This document shows positions 11,170-24,500 of a stretch of DNA of 64,000 bases, in pieces. The notes below the pieces were generated by a model, which made no database searches, was not told where the DNA came from, and worked only from the letters and a program-made list of their open reading frames with translations. Where the stretch lies: the NCBI GenBank assembly GCA_004431415.1, contig QPMI01000023.1:1-64000 (forward strand), given 5' to 3'. The DNA is from Cyanophora paradoxa CCMP329. Its lineage: Eukaryota; Plantae; Glaucophyta. Position 1 is the first letter of the stretch. The number at the start of each line of letters is the position of its first letter. The translations under genes and the position numbers were made by a program.

Positions 11170-12538
11170 GAATTCCAAGTCGCCGCGCATGGGGAAAACG
11201 ACCTGAGACTACTAGGCTAGCCTAGTCACTACCGTAGTACGCGTCGGCTCACTGAGTCAGGCTGAACCGTCACGGCGTGGTCCGTGGTGGACCGTCGATC
11301 CGTGGGGCCGGCGACGGCCCGGCGTGGGCCCGGGGCCCGGGGGCCGGGGGTGAAGTCCCGGTGAACCGTTGAACCGTGAACTTCCGAAGTTCCAAATTAA
11401 ACCTCGGCCCGGGCCGCCCGGCCCGCCGGCGCCCGGCACTGGGCCGGCAGCCCGGCGCCGGCGGTCCGGCCCGGCGGTGGCGGAGTCCTGGAGTCCGATG
11501 ACTCCGATCCCGAGTCCCGACTCCTGACTCTGGGCTCCCGAGTCCCGGGTCCCGACTCCCGACTCCAGAGTCCGAGCAGGCTCCTGAGGGCCGAGCTCGA
11601 GGCACGTGCAGTGACTAACTATAGGCTACTAGCTAGTACCGAATCCTACTACCGAATTAGTACCGATAGGTAGGCAGCCCCTCGGTGCAGCCCGACGGCC
11701 TCTCGGCGCAGCCCCGCAGCCCCTCAGCGCAGCCCCGCAACCCTGCTAGCTATAGCGCAGCCCCGCAGTGCAGTGCGAGCCCTGCAGCGCAAGCCCCGCT
11801 GCGCCAGCCTGCAGCCGCGCCCCGCGGCCGCGCACCCGGCCACGACCCCGCGCACCCGGGCCCGGCGAGCGCTAGCTTCGTATCATAAAGCGTGACTACG
11901 GGAGACGAGCCTCGAGGAGCCTCGTCGAGTCGGCGGCGACCAGCTGCAGCCGATAAGCTCGAGCGCTCAAGCGCGCTGCAGCTCGGCCAGGTTAGCAGCT
12001 GTTAGCCTACTGGCCGCGAGCATTGCGTAATTGGCTGAAGACGAGCGCAGCGGCCTAAGCCAGTGGACCGTGCTCGCGACCCTCTCTGCTTGCAGCCGCT
12101 TGGGCAGCCCTAAGGTTCTCAGTGCATATACGAGCTGCGGCTAGCTATAATAGCTCATCCTAACTTGTCGCAGATCAACGCGCACGCGACCAGTGTTTGT
12201 AGCCGGTGGGGTAAGATATGAAAGCTTACCAGCCCAGCGCATGCGCATATGCATCGAGCGCATTCTGATTTCCTGCAGATCGGATTGGGCCCGGTCCCGC
12301 CGTTAAACTGAAAGGCAAACACGCGCGTCTAAAGAAATAGCTGCGCATTGAGTTTCCCGCAAATCACTACTAGCTGCAGTGGAGGAAGGACGGCATGACT
12401 TGCAGCTGTATCTAGCTGAAGGCATATGCATATTCACGCGCCTTGCCTTGGTGAAGACGAAGCTTGCTTACTAGTTAACTTGTACAGTGCTCAATAACAT
12501 GAAGGAAAAGGTGCGCGCATTTTCAAGCTTAAGGTTAC

Positions 12539-15500
12539 ATGGCACCGGTTCTCACAGGTGGATCGAATTCGCAGACGCCGCCCAGCCGCCACCGCGCCGC
12601 ACAGCGACCGCGAGGGGCTTGCGTTCCATCGCAAAGCTTTCTCATCTGTCTCATCTGGGTCGCGATCGCCCTGCTGTGTCGCGTGGCGGCCCAGACGCCC
12701 TCGCCCAGCCCTAGCCCGATTCGTGCGTTGAATTCAACTGCGGATGCGTTGCTTTGTTTGTCTTTGGCTCACTCCGGTATTGAAGTCGAGGTCACGACCC
12801 TGGAAACTGGGCCGACACCTAGCCTGCTGCTAAGGAGGTACGCTGCTGGAAGCCTGTTCTACAGAGACGGCCGGCGGTACCTGTTCGTCTCTGGCGGCTA
12901 CAATCTAAATAATCAATATGTGGATGACGTCTGGACAGTCGACCTTGGTGCGGCTGCATACAGGGGGCTTGTTGACCGTGCAAGACCTATACCTAAGTCG
13001 CGATTGGTCGTTCAGATGCCGAGCCGGAGCCGGTTTGGCGGAACGCGACTGCGCGGCTTCCTATCGCTAAGCACAGCCACGCGTGTGGTTGGGATGGCGG
13101 GTCCTTCATCTACTGTGCGGGCGGGTGGAACGGCGCGACTAATACGCAGTTCTGGCGTTTCCCCACTACGCTGGACGCCCGTGTGGACCTACCAAGCCTG
13201 CCTTCCAACCGCGCCGAGCATTGTTTGACCGTGTACGATGGCTCCGTGTGGGTGCGCAACACTATCCTGCTCGGTCGCTCTCCAGCCTTATTTGTCGGCA
13301 GCTCGCGGCTGGATACCCTTACAGCAACGACCTCATCCGCTATTCTATTGCAGGCGGCACCTGGACGACCGAAATTGCCAACAATGCATCGCGCACTGAC
13401 CCATACATGAGTCCCCGAGCAGGAGTTAAATGTGCCCACATGGGTAAGTAAGCGCGCAACAATCGGCGCTGCCCTTTCGTCTGATGTTCGCATGTCCATA
13501 CGACGCAGGCAGCAAGTGGTACATTGCAGGGGGTTATTCGCCGGCTTCTCAAACGGACGTATTGTAAGAGCCTCGCCATTGCGATGCAGAACTATTTGCA
13601 ATCTGAAACCAAGCGCAGCGTCGTCGACTTGTCTTCGGCGCTCGCCGGACAGAGAGATTTCGTGAAACTTGGAAACATTGCCCCTTCGGGCGCCGTTACA
13701 TCGCACGCCGTACTCGGGGCCTGCTCTACCTACAATGCTCTCATACTCGGAGTCGCGTATTTTCCGCCTGTGGTCTTCAATATTGACCGTGAGCGCCTAC
13801 TCACCTGCTCGCTATATACTCGCAGTACCTAAGATCTTGAGACACAGAGGGAGCAGTCGTTTCGGTGACTCGGGTCCCGCAAGCTCCGTTCGATCTCCAA
13901 AGTACGGCGTACGCGTCGGATCCTGGCAACTGCACATTGTGCGCTTCGAACGCAATGAGAGAGAATTTCATTTTTTTGACAAGTGATCAGATTCGCTGCA
14001 ACGGGACACAACGTTACTAGCTCCTCCGCAATGGGGCAGTACCTCTCTTCTGTACACAAGCTCCGTCTTGGCCCGGCTCCGAGCCCGTCGCCGAGCCCGT
14101 CGCCCAGCCCGTCGCCCAGCCCGTCGCCGAGTCCGTCGCCCAGCCCGTCGCTCATTCCCGGATCGCCGTCGACGGCCGGCGTGAGCTACCCCTCGACATC
14201 CAGCGTCCCCTTCTACAGCGGCGCGGCCAGCTTCAACGTCTCCGGGCTCGTCCCCGGGGATGAGGTGTCGTCGATCTCTGTGACGTGTTCCATCAGCGAC
14301 ACGACGCTCTCCCCTCCGTTCGCCTCGTCCATTGCGGGCTACTACGATGCGTCGTCGTGGACGGGGTCGCAGTGGAGCGACCTCTCGGGCAAGGGCCGGC
14401 ACGCGACTGTGATCCGCGGCACGCCAGCCGTCTCAACGGTCGGGTCGACGAGCGTTCTTGGTGGGGCGACGAGTGCAGGTATCATGATCCCGGCGTCGGT
14501 GATGAACGCATCGTCTCCTGCGTACACGCTGGTCCACGCCTGTCGCTACACGCCACTTCTGTCGGCTCTACGACGAGCCGCATCATTGATGGTGTGACGC
14601 AGAACTGGCTCTCCGGGCATCATGGCTACAAGCGCGGGTTGCATTTCACGGAGGTTGGGTCTCCGTGGAGCGGATCGGCCCCCAAACGTGAACGACTGGA
14701 TTCTCAGCCTCGACCGTCGCCTCAAATATCGTGCCAATGGCGCTGATTTAACCAGTTGCCCTGAGTGTGCCACCATCCCAGCGGACCAGATCTCCGTCAA
14801 TTATGGCAGCTCCGCGGAGTACTCTGACTGGCAGTGCTCGTTCGTCCTCGTGTACGACCGCGAGCTCTCCGACAGCGAGGCGGAGGAGGTGGAGGCGTGG
14901 GCCCGCCTGCGCTACCCGACGCAGCTGTACCGACGGGCGAAACTGGAGGTTTACAACGCGCATTCCTCGTTCGTCGAGCTCCGCTATTGCCCTTGTGCGT
15001 GAACAAATCGTTCCGTCAGCGTAGCCGTCTGTATTCTCATGCCCGGCCCGTTCTCAGATCGGAAAGGCGTACCAGTTCGTGGTGAGATGGCGCCCTTTGT
15101 AGCGCATAGTCCAATTGCAAGTGACACGGCTAGCGCTCTAACTCTTAAGCTTCCTCAGGGCCCCATTCGTGCCGGCACGACGTACTCGAACTGCGCTGTG
15201 GAGCTGACAAACGCAGTAGGATCCGCAACAGCGAGTTCCGTCACTTTCACCACGACCGTTGGAGGAGGATCTCCTGCGCTGACAGGTGTTCCTTCGGTCG
15301 CTGGCATTAGCTATCAGTCGACCTCGAGCGTGCCCTTCAGCAACGGCGTCGCCAACTTGACCGTCACGGGGATAAACCCCGCCGACCAGGTGTACGCGAT
15401 ATCCGTGACATGCTCGACGACGGGGAACAGAACGCTGCCGCCTCCGTTCTCTTCTTCTGTTGCGGGCTTCTACGATGCGTCGTCGTGGGCGGGGTCGCAG

Positions 15501-18500
15501 TGGAACGACCTCTCGGGCAAGGGCCGGCACGCGACTGAGATCCGCGGTGCCCCCAATGTCGTTCCTTTTGGAGGAACCAACGTGATGAACGGTACTACAA
15601 ACGACGGTATTCGGTTTCCTGCGACCCTCATGAGCCAATCCACTACCGCGTTCACGCTGGTGCACTCGTGCCGCTTCACCGCATCGGCTCCCGGTGACAA
15701 GATCGGACGCATCATTGATGGTGTGACTGTAGGATCGGGCAACTGGTTCTCCGGGTTTGGTTGGTACACCACGCGCGGCGTTTCGAACAGGGCGGGCTGG
15801 GTCACAGAACTAGGCCAGCAGTTTCCACTTGGACTAAACGAATGGCTGCTCAGCGTGGACTGGCCCAGGAAGTACCGCGGAAACGGCCTGGACCTCACCG
15901 TCTGCCCTTCCTGCGCCGTCTATCCATCGGACCAGATCTCAGTGAACTACGGTCTTTATGCTTTCTATTCGGACTGGCAGTGCTCGTTCGTCCTCGTGTA
16001 CGACCGCGAGCTCTCCGACAGCGAGGCGGAGGAGGTGGAGGCGTGGGCCCGCCTGCGCTACCCCGACATCACGTACCTCCACTCAATTGGACGGCTACTA
16101 CGCGGTAGCAGCGCAGGCAGGCTCTGTCATTGCCCAGGCGCGTCTCTCAGAATTGTGCGAAATTGAGCGTAAGCTTGCTAAGCTGCACCGCAGATTGGTC
16201 TGAGCAGAGCCTACAGCTTCTCGGTGAGCTCACGATCGCCCTCGAAAAAAGACTTGCACAGCCTTGCATCAATTCTAGTCGCTGATCCGACGCTTTGCAG
16301 GGGCCGGTTCAAGCGAACACGACGTACACCAACTGCACCGTGCAGCTGGCGAACGCTGTCGGCACCTCGACGGCGAGCCCTGTCACGTTCACGACGAGCT
16401 GCGGCTTGTCCTCGTGTCCGACGCCGAGCCCGTCGCCGAGCCCGTCGCCAAGCCCGAGCCCGTCGCCGAGCCCGTCGCCCAGCCCGTCGCCCAGCCCGAC
16501 GCCCAGCCCGTCGCCGAGCCCGTCGCCCAGCCCGTCGCCGAGCCCGTCGCCGAGTCCGTCACCCAGCCCGTCGCTCATTCCCGGATCGCCGTCGACGGCC
16601 GGCGTGAGCTACCCCTCGACATCCAGCGTCCCCTTCTACAGCGGCGCGGCCAGCTTCAACGTCTCCGGGCTCGTCCCCGGGGATGAGGTGTCGTCGATCT
16701 CTGTGACGTGTTCCATCAGCGACACGACGCTCTCCCCTCCGTTCGCCTCGTCCATCGCGGGCTACTACGATGCGTCGTCGTGGACGGGGTCGCAGTGGAG
16801 CGACCTCTCGGGCAAGGGCCGGCACGCGACTGTGATCCGCGGCACGCCAGCCGTCTCAACGGTCGGGTCGACGAGCGTTCTTGGTGGGGCGACGAGTGCA
16901 GGTATCATGATCCCGGCGTCGGTGATGAACGCATCGTCTCCTGCGTACACGCTGGTCCACGCCTGTCGCTACACCGCCACTTCTGTCGGCTCTACGACGA
17001 GCCGCATCATTGATGGTGTGACGCAGAACTGGCTCTCCGGGCATCATGGCTACAAGCGCGGGGTTGCATTTCACGGAGGTTGGGTCTCCGTGGAGCGGAT
17101 CGGCCCCCCAAACGTGAACGACTGGATTCTCAGCCTCGACCGTCGCCTCAAATATCGTGCCAATGGCGCTGATTTAACCAGTTGCCCTGAGTGTGCCACC
17201 ATCCCAGCGGACCAGATCTCCGTCAATTATGGCAGCTCCGCGGAGTACTCTGACTGGCAGTGCTCGTTCGTCCTCGTGTACGACCGCGAGCTCTCCGACA
17301 GCGAGGCGGAGGAGGTGGAGGCGTGGGCCCGCCTGCGCTACCCCGACGCAGCTGTACCCGACGGGCGAAACTGGAGGTTTACAACGCGCATTCCTCGTTC
17401 GTCGAGCTCCGCTATTGCCCTTGTGCGTGAACAAATCGTTCCGTCAGCGTAGCCGTCTGTATTCTCATGCCCGGCCCGTTCTCAGATCGGAAAGGCGTAC
17501 CAGTTCGTGGTGAGATGGCGCCCTTTGTAGCGCATAGTCCAATTGCAAGTGACACGGCTAGCGCTCTAACTCTTAAGCTTCCTCAGGGCCCATTCGTGCC
17601 GGCACGACGTACTCGAACTGCGCTGTGGAGCTGACAAACGCAGTAGGATCCGCAACAGCGAGTTCCGTCACTTTCACCACGAGCGTTGGAGGAGGATCTC
17701 CTGCGCTGACAGGTGTTCCTTCGGTCGCTGGCATTAGCTATCAGTCGACCTCGAGCGTGCCCTTCAGCAACGGCGTCGCCAACTTGACCGTCACGGGGAT
17801 AAACCCCGCCGACCAGGTGTACGCGATATCCGTGACATGCTCGACGACGGGGAACAGAACGCTGCCGCCTCCGTTCTCTTCTTCTGTTGCGGGCTTCTAC
17901 GATGCGTCGTCGTGGGCGGGGTCGCAGTGGAACGACCTCTCGGGCAAGGGCCGGCACGCGACTGAGATCCGCGGTGCCCCCAATGTCGTTCCTTTTGGAG
18001 GAACCAACGTGATGAACGGTACTACAAACGACGGTATTCGGTTTCCTGCGACCCTCATGAGCCAATCCACTACCGCGTTCACGCTGGTGCACTCGTGCCG
18101 CTTCACCGCATCGGCTCCCGGTGACAAGATCGGACGCATCATTGATGGTGTGACTGTAGGATCGGGCAACTGGTTCTCCGGGTTTGGTTGGTACACCACG
18201 CGCGGCGTTTCGAACAGGGCGGGCTGGGTCACAGAACTAGGCCAGCAGTTTCCACTTGGACTAAACGAATGGCTGCTCAGCGTGGACTGGCCCAGGAAGT
18301 ACCGCGGAAACGGCCTGGACCTCACCGTCTGCCCTTCCTGCGCCGTCTATCCATCGGACCAGATCTCAGTGAACTACGGTCTTTATGCTTTCTATTCGGA
18401 CTGGCAGTGCTCGTTCGTCCTCGTGTACGACCGCGAGCTCTCCGACAGCGAGGCGGAGGAGGTGGAGGCGTGGGCCCGCCTGCGCTACCCCGACATCACG

Positions 18501-21500
18501 TACCCTCCACTCAATTGGACGGCTACTACGCCGGTAGCAGCGCAGGCAGGCTCTGTCATTGCCCAGGCGCGTCTCTCAGAATTGTGCGAAATTGAGCGTA
18601 AGCTTGCTAAGCTGCACCGCAGATTGGTCTGAGCAGAGCCTACAGCTTCTCGGTGAGCTCACGATCGCCCCTCGAAAAAAGACTTGCACAGCCTTGCATC
18701 AATTCTAGTCGCTGATCCGACGCTTTGCAGGGGCCGGTTCAAGCGAACACGACGTACACCAACTGCACCGTGCAGCTGGCGAACGCTGTCGGCACCTCGA
18801 CGGCGAGCCCTGTCACGTTCACGACGAGCTGCGGCTTGTCCTCGTGTCCGACGCCGAGCCCGTCGCCGAGCCCGTCGCCAAGCCCGAGCCCGTCGCCGAG
18901 CCCGTCGCCCAGCCCGTCGCCCAGCCCGACGCCCAGCCCGTCGCCGAGCCCGTCGCCCAGCCCGTCGCCGAGCCCGTCGCCGAGTCCGTCACCCAGCCCG
19001 TCGCCCAGCCCGACGCCCAGCCCGTCGCCGAGCCCGTCGCCCAGCCCGTCGCCGAGCCCGTCGCCGAGTCCGTCACCCAGCCCGTCGCTCATTCCCGGAT
19101 CGCCGTCGACGGCCGGCGTGAGCTACCCCTCGACATCCAGCGTCCCCTTCTACAGCGGCGCGGCCAGCTTCAACGTCTCCGGGCTCGTCCCCGGGGATGA
19201 GGTGTCGTCGATCTCTGTGACGTGTTCCATCAGCGACACGACGCTCTCCCCTCCGTTCGCCTCGTCCATTGCGGGCTACTACGATGCGTCGTCGTGGACG
19301 GGGTCGCAGTGGAGCGACCTCTCGGGCAAGGGCCGGCACGCGACTGTGATCCGCGGCACGCCAGCCGTCTCAACGGTCGGGTCGACGAGCGTTCTTGGTG
19401 GGGCGACGAGTGCAGGTATCATGATCCCGGCGTCGGTGATGAACGCATCGTCTCCTGCGTACACGCTGGTCCACGCCTGTCGCTACACCGCCACTTCTGT
19501 CGGCTCTACGACGAGCCGCATCATTGATGGTGTGACGCAGAACTGGCTCTCCGGGCATCATGGCTACAAGCGCGGGGTTGCATTTCACGGAGGTTGGGTC
19601 TCCGTGGAGCGGATCGGTCCCCCAAACGTGAACGACTGGATTCTCAGCCTCGACCGTCGCTTCAAATATCGTGCCAATGGCGCTGATTTAACCAGTTGCC
19701 CTGAGTGTGCCACCATCCCAGCGGACCAGATCTCCGTCAATTATGGCAGCTCCGCGGAGTACTCTGACTGGCAGTGCTCGTTCGTCCTCGTGTACGACCG
19801 CGAGCTCTCCGACAGCGAGGCGGAGGAGGTGGAGGCGTGGGCCCGCCTGCGCTACCCCGACGCAGCTGTACCCGACGGGCGAAACTGGAGGTTTACAACG
19901 CGCATTCCTCGTTCGTCGAGCTCCGCTATTGCCCTTGTGCGTGAACAAATCGTTCCGTCAGCGTAGCCGTCTGTATTCTCATGCCCGGCCCGTTCTCAGA
20001 TCGGAAAGGCGTACCAGTTCGTGGTGAGATGGCGCCCTTTGTAGCGCATAGTCCAATTGCAAGTGACACGGCTAGCGCTCTAACTCTTAAGCTTCCTCAG
20101 GGCCCCATTCGTGCCGGCACGACGTACTCGAACTGCGCTGTGGAGCTGACAAACGCAGTAGGATCCGCAACAGCGAGTTCCGTCACTTTCACCACGAGCG
20201 TTGGAGGAGGATCTCCTGCGCTGACAGGTGTTCCTTCGGTCGCTGGCATTAGCTATCAGTCGACCTCGAGCGTGCCCTTCAGCAACGGCGTCGCCAACTT
20301 GACCGTCACGGGGATAAACCCCGCCGACCAGGTGTACGCGATATCCGTGACATGCTCGACGACGGGGAACAGAACGCTGCCGCCTCCGTTCTCTTCTTCT
20401 GTTGCGGGCTTCTACGATGCGTCGTCGTGGGCGGGGTCGCAGTGGAACGACCTCTCGGGCAAGGGCCGGCACGCGACTGAGATCCGCGGTGCCCCCAATG
20501 TCGTTCCTTTTGGAGGAACCAACGTGATGAACGGTACTACAAACGACGGTATTCGGTTTCCTGCGACCCTCATGAGCCAATCCACTACCGCGTTCACGCT
20601 GGTGCACTCGTGCCGCTTCACCGCATCGGCTCCCGGTGACAAGATCGGACGCATCATTGATGGTGTGACTGTAGGATCGGGCAACTGGTTCTCCGGGTTT
20701 GGTTGGTACACCACGCGCGGCGTTTCGAACAGGGCGGGCTGGGTCACAGAACTAGGCCAGCAGTTTCCACTTGGACTAAACGAATGGCTGCTCAGCGTGG
20801 ACTGGCCCAGGAAGTACCGCGGAAACGGCCTGGACCTCACCGTCTGCCCTTCCTGCGCCGTCTATCCATCGGACCAGATCTCAGTGAACTACGGTCTTTA
20901 TGCTTTCTATTCGGACTGGCAGTGCTCGTTCGTCCTCGTGTACGACCGCGAGCTCTCCGACAGCGAGGCGGAGGAGGTGGAGGCGTGGGCCCGCCTGCGC
21001 TACCCCGACATCACGTACCCTCCACTCAATTGGACGGCTACTACGCCGGTAGCAGCGCAGGCAGGCTCTGTCATTGCCCAGGCGCGTCTCTCAGAATTGT
21101 GCGAAATTGAGCGTAAGCTTGCTAAGCTGCACCGCAGATTGGTCTGAGCAGAGCCTACAGCTTCTCGGTGAGCTCATGATCACGATCGCCCCTCAAAAAA
21201 AGACTTGCACAGCCTTGCATCAATTCTAGTCGCTGATCCGACGCTTTGCAGGGGCCGATTCAAGCGAACACGACGTACAGCAACTGCACCGTGCAGCTGG
21301 CGAACGCTGTCGGCACCTCGACGGCGAGCCCTGTCACGTTCACGACGAGCTGCGGCTTGTCCTCGTGTCCGACGCCGAGCCCGTCGCCGAGCCCGTCACC
21401 AAGCCCGAGCCCGTCGCCGAGCCCGTCGCCCAGCCCGTCGCCCAGCCCGTCGCCGAGCCCGTCGCCCAGCCCGTCGCCCAGCCCGTCGCCCAGCCCGTCG

Positions 21501-24500
21501 CCCAGCCCGACGCCCAGCCCGTCGCCGAGCCCGTCGCCCAGTCCCTCGAGCTCGCCGAGCCCGTCGCCGAGCCCGTCGCCCAGCCCGTCGCCCAGCCCGT
21601 CGCCCAGCCCGTCGCCCAGCCCGTCGCCGAGCCCGTCGCCGAGCCCGTCGCCCAGCCCCTCGCCCAGCCCGTCGCCCAGCCCGTCGCCGAGCCCGTCGCC
21701 GAGCCCCTCGCCAAGCCCCTCGCCGAGCCCGTCGCCGAGCCCGTCGCCGAGCCCGTCGCCCAGCCCGTCGCCCAGCCCCTCGCCGAGCCCGTCGCCGAGC
21801 CCGTCGCCGAGCCCCTCGCCCAGCCCCTCGCCAAGCCCGTCGCCCAGCCCGTCACCATCGCCGCCGCCAGTCCTGCTCATGACCTTCACTTCCCCAACGG
21901 CCAACTCAGTCCTTGGAGTCGGGCAGGCCTTCTCCGTGCAGTACAGCGCGGCGTCTATGTCGCTTGCCGGCGTCGAGCTCGTGCTTGTCGGTGCCTCGTC
22001 AACCACCGTGCGCTCTGGCGCATGCCTCTCGCGTCGACTTGAATCAAAGTCTAATCTTTTCTACAGGTTCTCCTGTCTGGGCAGACCGTCTGGGCTGCGG
22101 GCGGCTCGTTCCAAATCAGCCTCCCTGCGGCAACAGCGGATGGCAACTACTTCATTCGAGTCCACCAGAGCTCTGGTTCGCTCTCGGCCGACACGGCGAC
22201 GTTCAGGTAAGGCACTGATTTGACTCGCAGTCTGTGCTGAAGCGCTCATTTCTGATATGCCGTATCGCAGAATTGCAGCTATCGTCGTGCTTTCCGAGAC
22301 TGTGGAGTACGATCCCGATGTCATTCTGTCCATAGCGGACAAGATGCGCTCCGTTCCTGGATACAGCTCAATCGGCCTAACCGCGTCGGTGACCGAAACA
22401 ACGCCCCCGTCGACGAGCGGGACGGCTCCGCGCTCGCGGCTCCAGGCGGCCACCGTAACGCACACCTTCGCGATGCCGTCCTCGCTGACCGTGAGACCAA
22501 GCCGGCCTTTTCGATTCAACTTCCGCTAATATCGCCCATGCAGACGTTCATGTCGCTGATGCAGACGCTGAAGGCCGGAGATCCGATCCTGAACGGCATC
22601 TATTCCGTGTCGACGGGCCCGGACACGATCATCGTCAACCTCGCCTACATTTTCACAGGTCAGCGCACGCGCCGACGTGCCGCCATCCGACTGCGATCGG
22701 CACTGACTATCTCGTGCTGCCGCTTCCTGCAGGCGTCCCCGTGACTGAACCCGTGACGAGCTCAATCACGTACGACCCGGATCTGGCAGGGTCCTTCTCA
22801 GAGCTCGCGGGGGAAATTCAGACCGTCACCGGATACCGGCCGCAGGAGATCGTTTCCAGCCGCCGCCGCGCGCTCCGCTCCCGCTCAATTTTGCAATACA
22901 CGGAAGAGCCAGTCGTTGCGTCTTTCGGCGGAACTACGGGGGCACTGCGCGCAGCGCAAAAGGCGAGCCGACCTTTCCCTTTGTTTTCAATTGTGATGAT
23001 CTGACAAGTACTTCCTTGCTGCAGGCTGCCGCATTCATCTCTCGCGGCATCTTGCTGCCTTCAATGTACTCGATCGAATTCAACTTCAGGGGCGTGCGAA
23101 CAACAGCCCGCAACCCTGCAATGGCGAAGAACTCCAATCGCGCACTGCCCTACTCGGGTATCACGCTGGCCGCCGGGACGGGCGCCGCGGACCTGTCCAT
23201 GGGCTCCTCTGCCCCCGGGCGTTTCGAACTGCTCAGCGCTGAGGGTACCGGCACGGGCGTCGCCGCCGCGCGCAGCCCCGCCGCTGCGTCGCTGTTCACT
23301 GCGTCGAGCTCCGCGTCGGACGCGGTCTTCGCGAGCCTGCCCGTCGGCGATTCCACAGCAATCGTTCAGTGTGCCATCTCCGACAGCGCCGGTGGTGCTT
23401 TCATGGCCTTCAATCCCGCAAACGGTCTGTACCCTCAAGCCCAGCGCTTTCATTTTTCTGACGTGCTGATGCACATGTGCAGGCGGCGCCTCGGTCGTTC
23501 ACTACGTGCCGAGCGGTGCCGGGTACTCGCAACGAACGATTCCCTCTGCCAGCCTCCCGCAGCCGTCGGTTTGTCTGCGGCTGGGCCCAACAAGCTCTCA
23601 GCCGCTCCGCTTCCTGGTAGGGACCCGTTCACCGGGGCTCTTCGTCGTCTCCGCCTCGGCAGCAGGCGTCGAAGCACAGTCCGTCGCGCTCTCAGGCGCG
23701 AGCAGCAAGCCAATCGTTTTGGGGTCCCGCGCGGCCCTATCACGCGCAACGTCGGGGGTTTTTCTGCAGTCGGATGACGCGACGAGTGCCGGTGGAAGCG
23801 GCTGCAACACGGGGGACGGCGATGTCGTGCTGCACGTCGTCGATGGGAGCGGGACCCTGACATCCATCCCGTCGAAGCTGAAGGGCGTCTGCCCCCGATC
23901 CATGGCAGTGTCTCCGGACTCGTCATCGGCCATCGTCATCTCGACGGAGGGGCGCCTCTTCCGCGCCTCTTTGCGCTCCCTCGACAGGACCTCGTTTTCC
24001 GAGTTTAGACAGAATGGCCGATCCGCGCTTTCGTCCGGGGAGTCCATCGTCTCCGTCGTCTTCCTGCAGGTACTGTCGTCGTCTCTGATGCTTCTAGCCC
24101 TTCGATGATGACGAGTGTGCAGAGCCGGGCATACGCCGTCGCAGCCACGCTTGGGCACAGCTCGGGCCCCCGCCTCTGCATCCTGTCCATGGCCGATGGA
24201 TCGGTGCAAGACACGGCGTCGACTCTCATCTCTATCTCGGGCGCCCTGCCCTCCGTTGCCGCCGCCGCCGCATCAGCGACATCGGTCGCGCTAGAAGCTG
24301 TGCCGGAAACGCCAGGAGTTTACGTAGCGTTCGGCAAATACATGGCTCGCTTCAACGTGGCTCCCGGTGCGTTTCTCTTTCTCTTCGTCGTCTCTCTCAC
24401 CTCTGGTCTTAACCCTAGGCCTGTCTGCCCCGCAGCATCCGTGCAAGTGCTGGGCACTGGATCGAAAGAGCGCTCCCTTGCCATCCGCACTTCTGTCTCC

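Noticed and set aside
14540-16110. Frameshifts in repeat unit 1 as pseudogenisation or phase variation
   Set aside because: Mostly single-base losses in C/G runs relative to units 2 and 3, typical of long-read consensus error.
14070-21870. Regular repeats as a CRISPR array, or GDGL/AQPV/ATGW repeat proteins on other frames
   Set aside because: No repeat-spacer structure; these are alternative-frame shadows of coding (Ser-Pro)n tracts.
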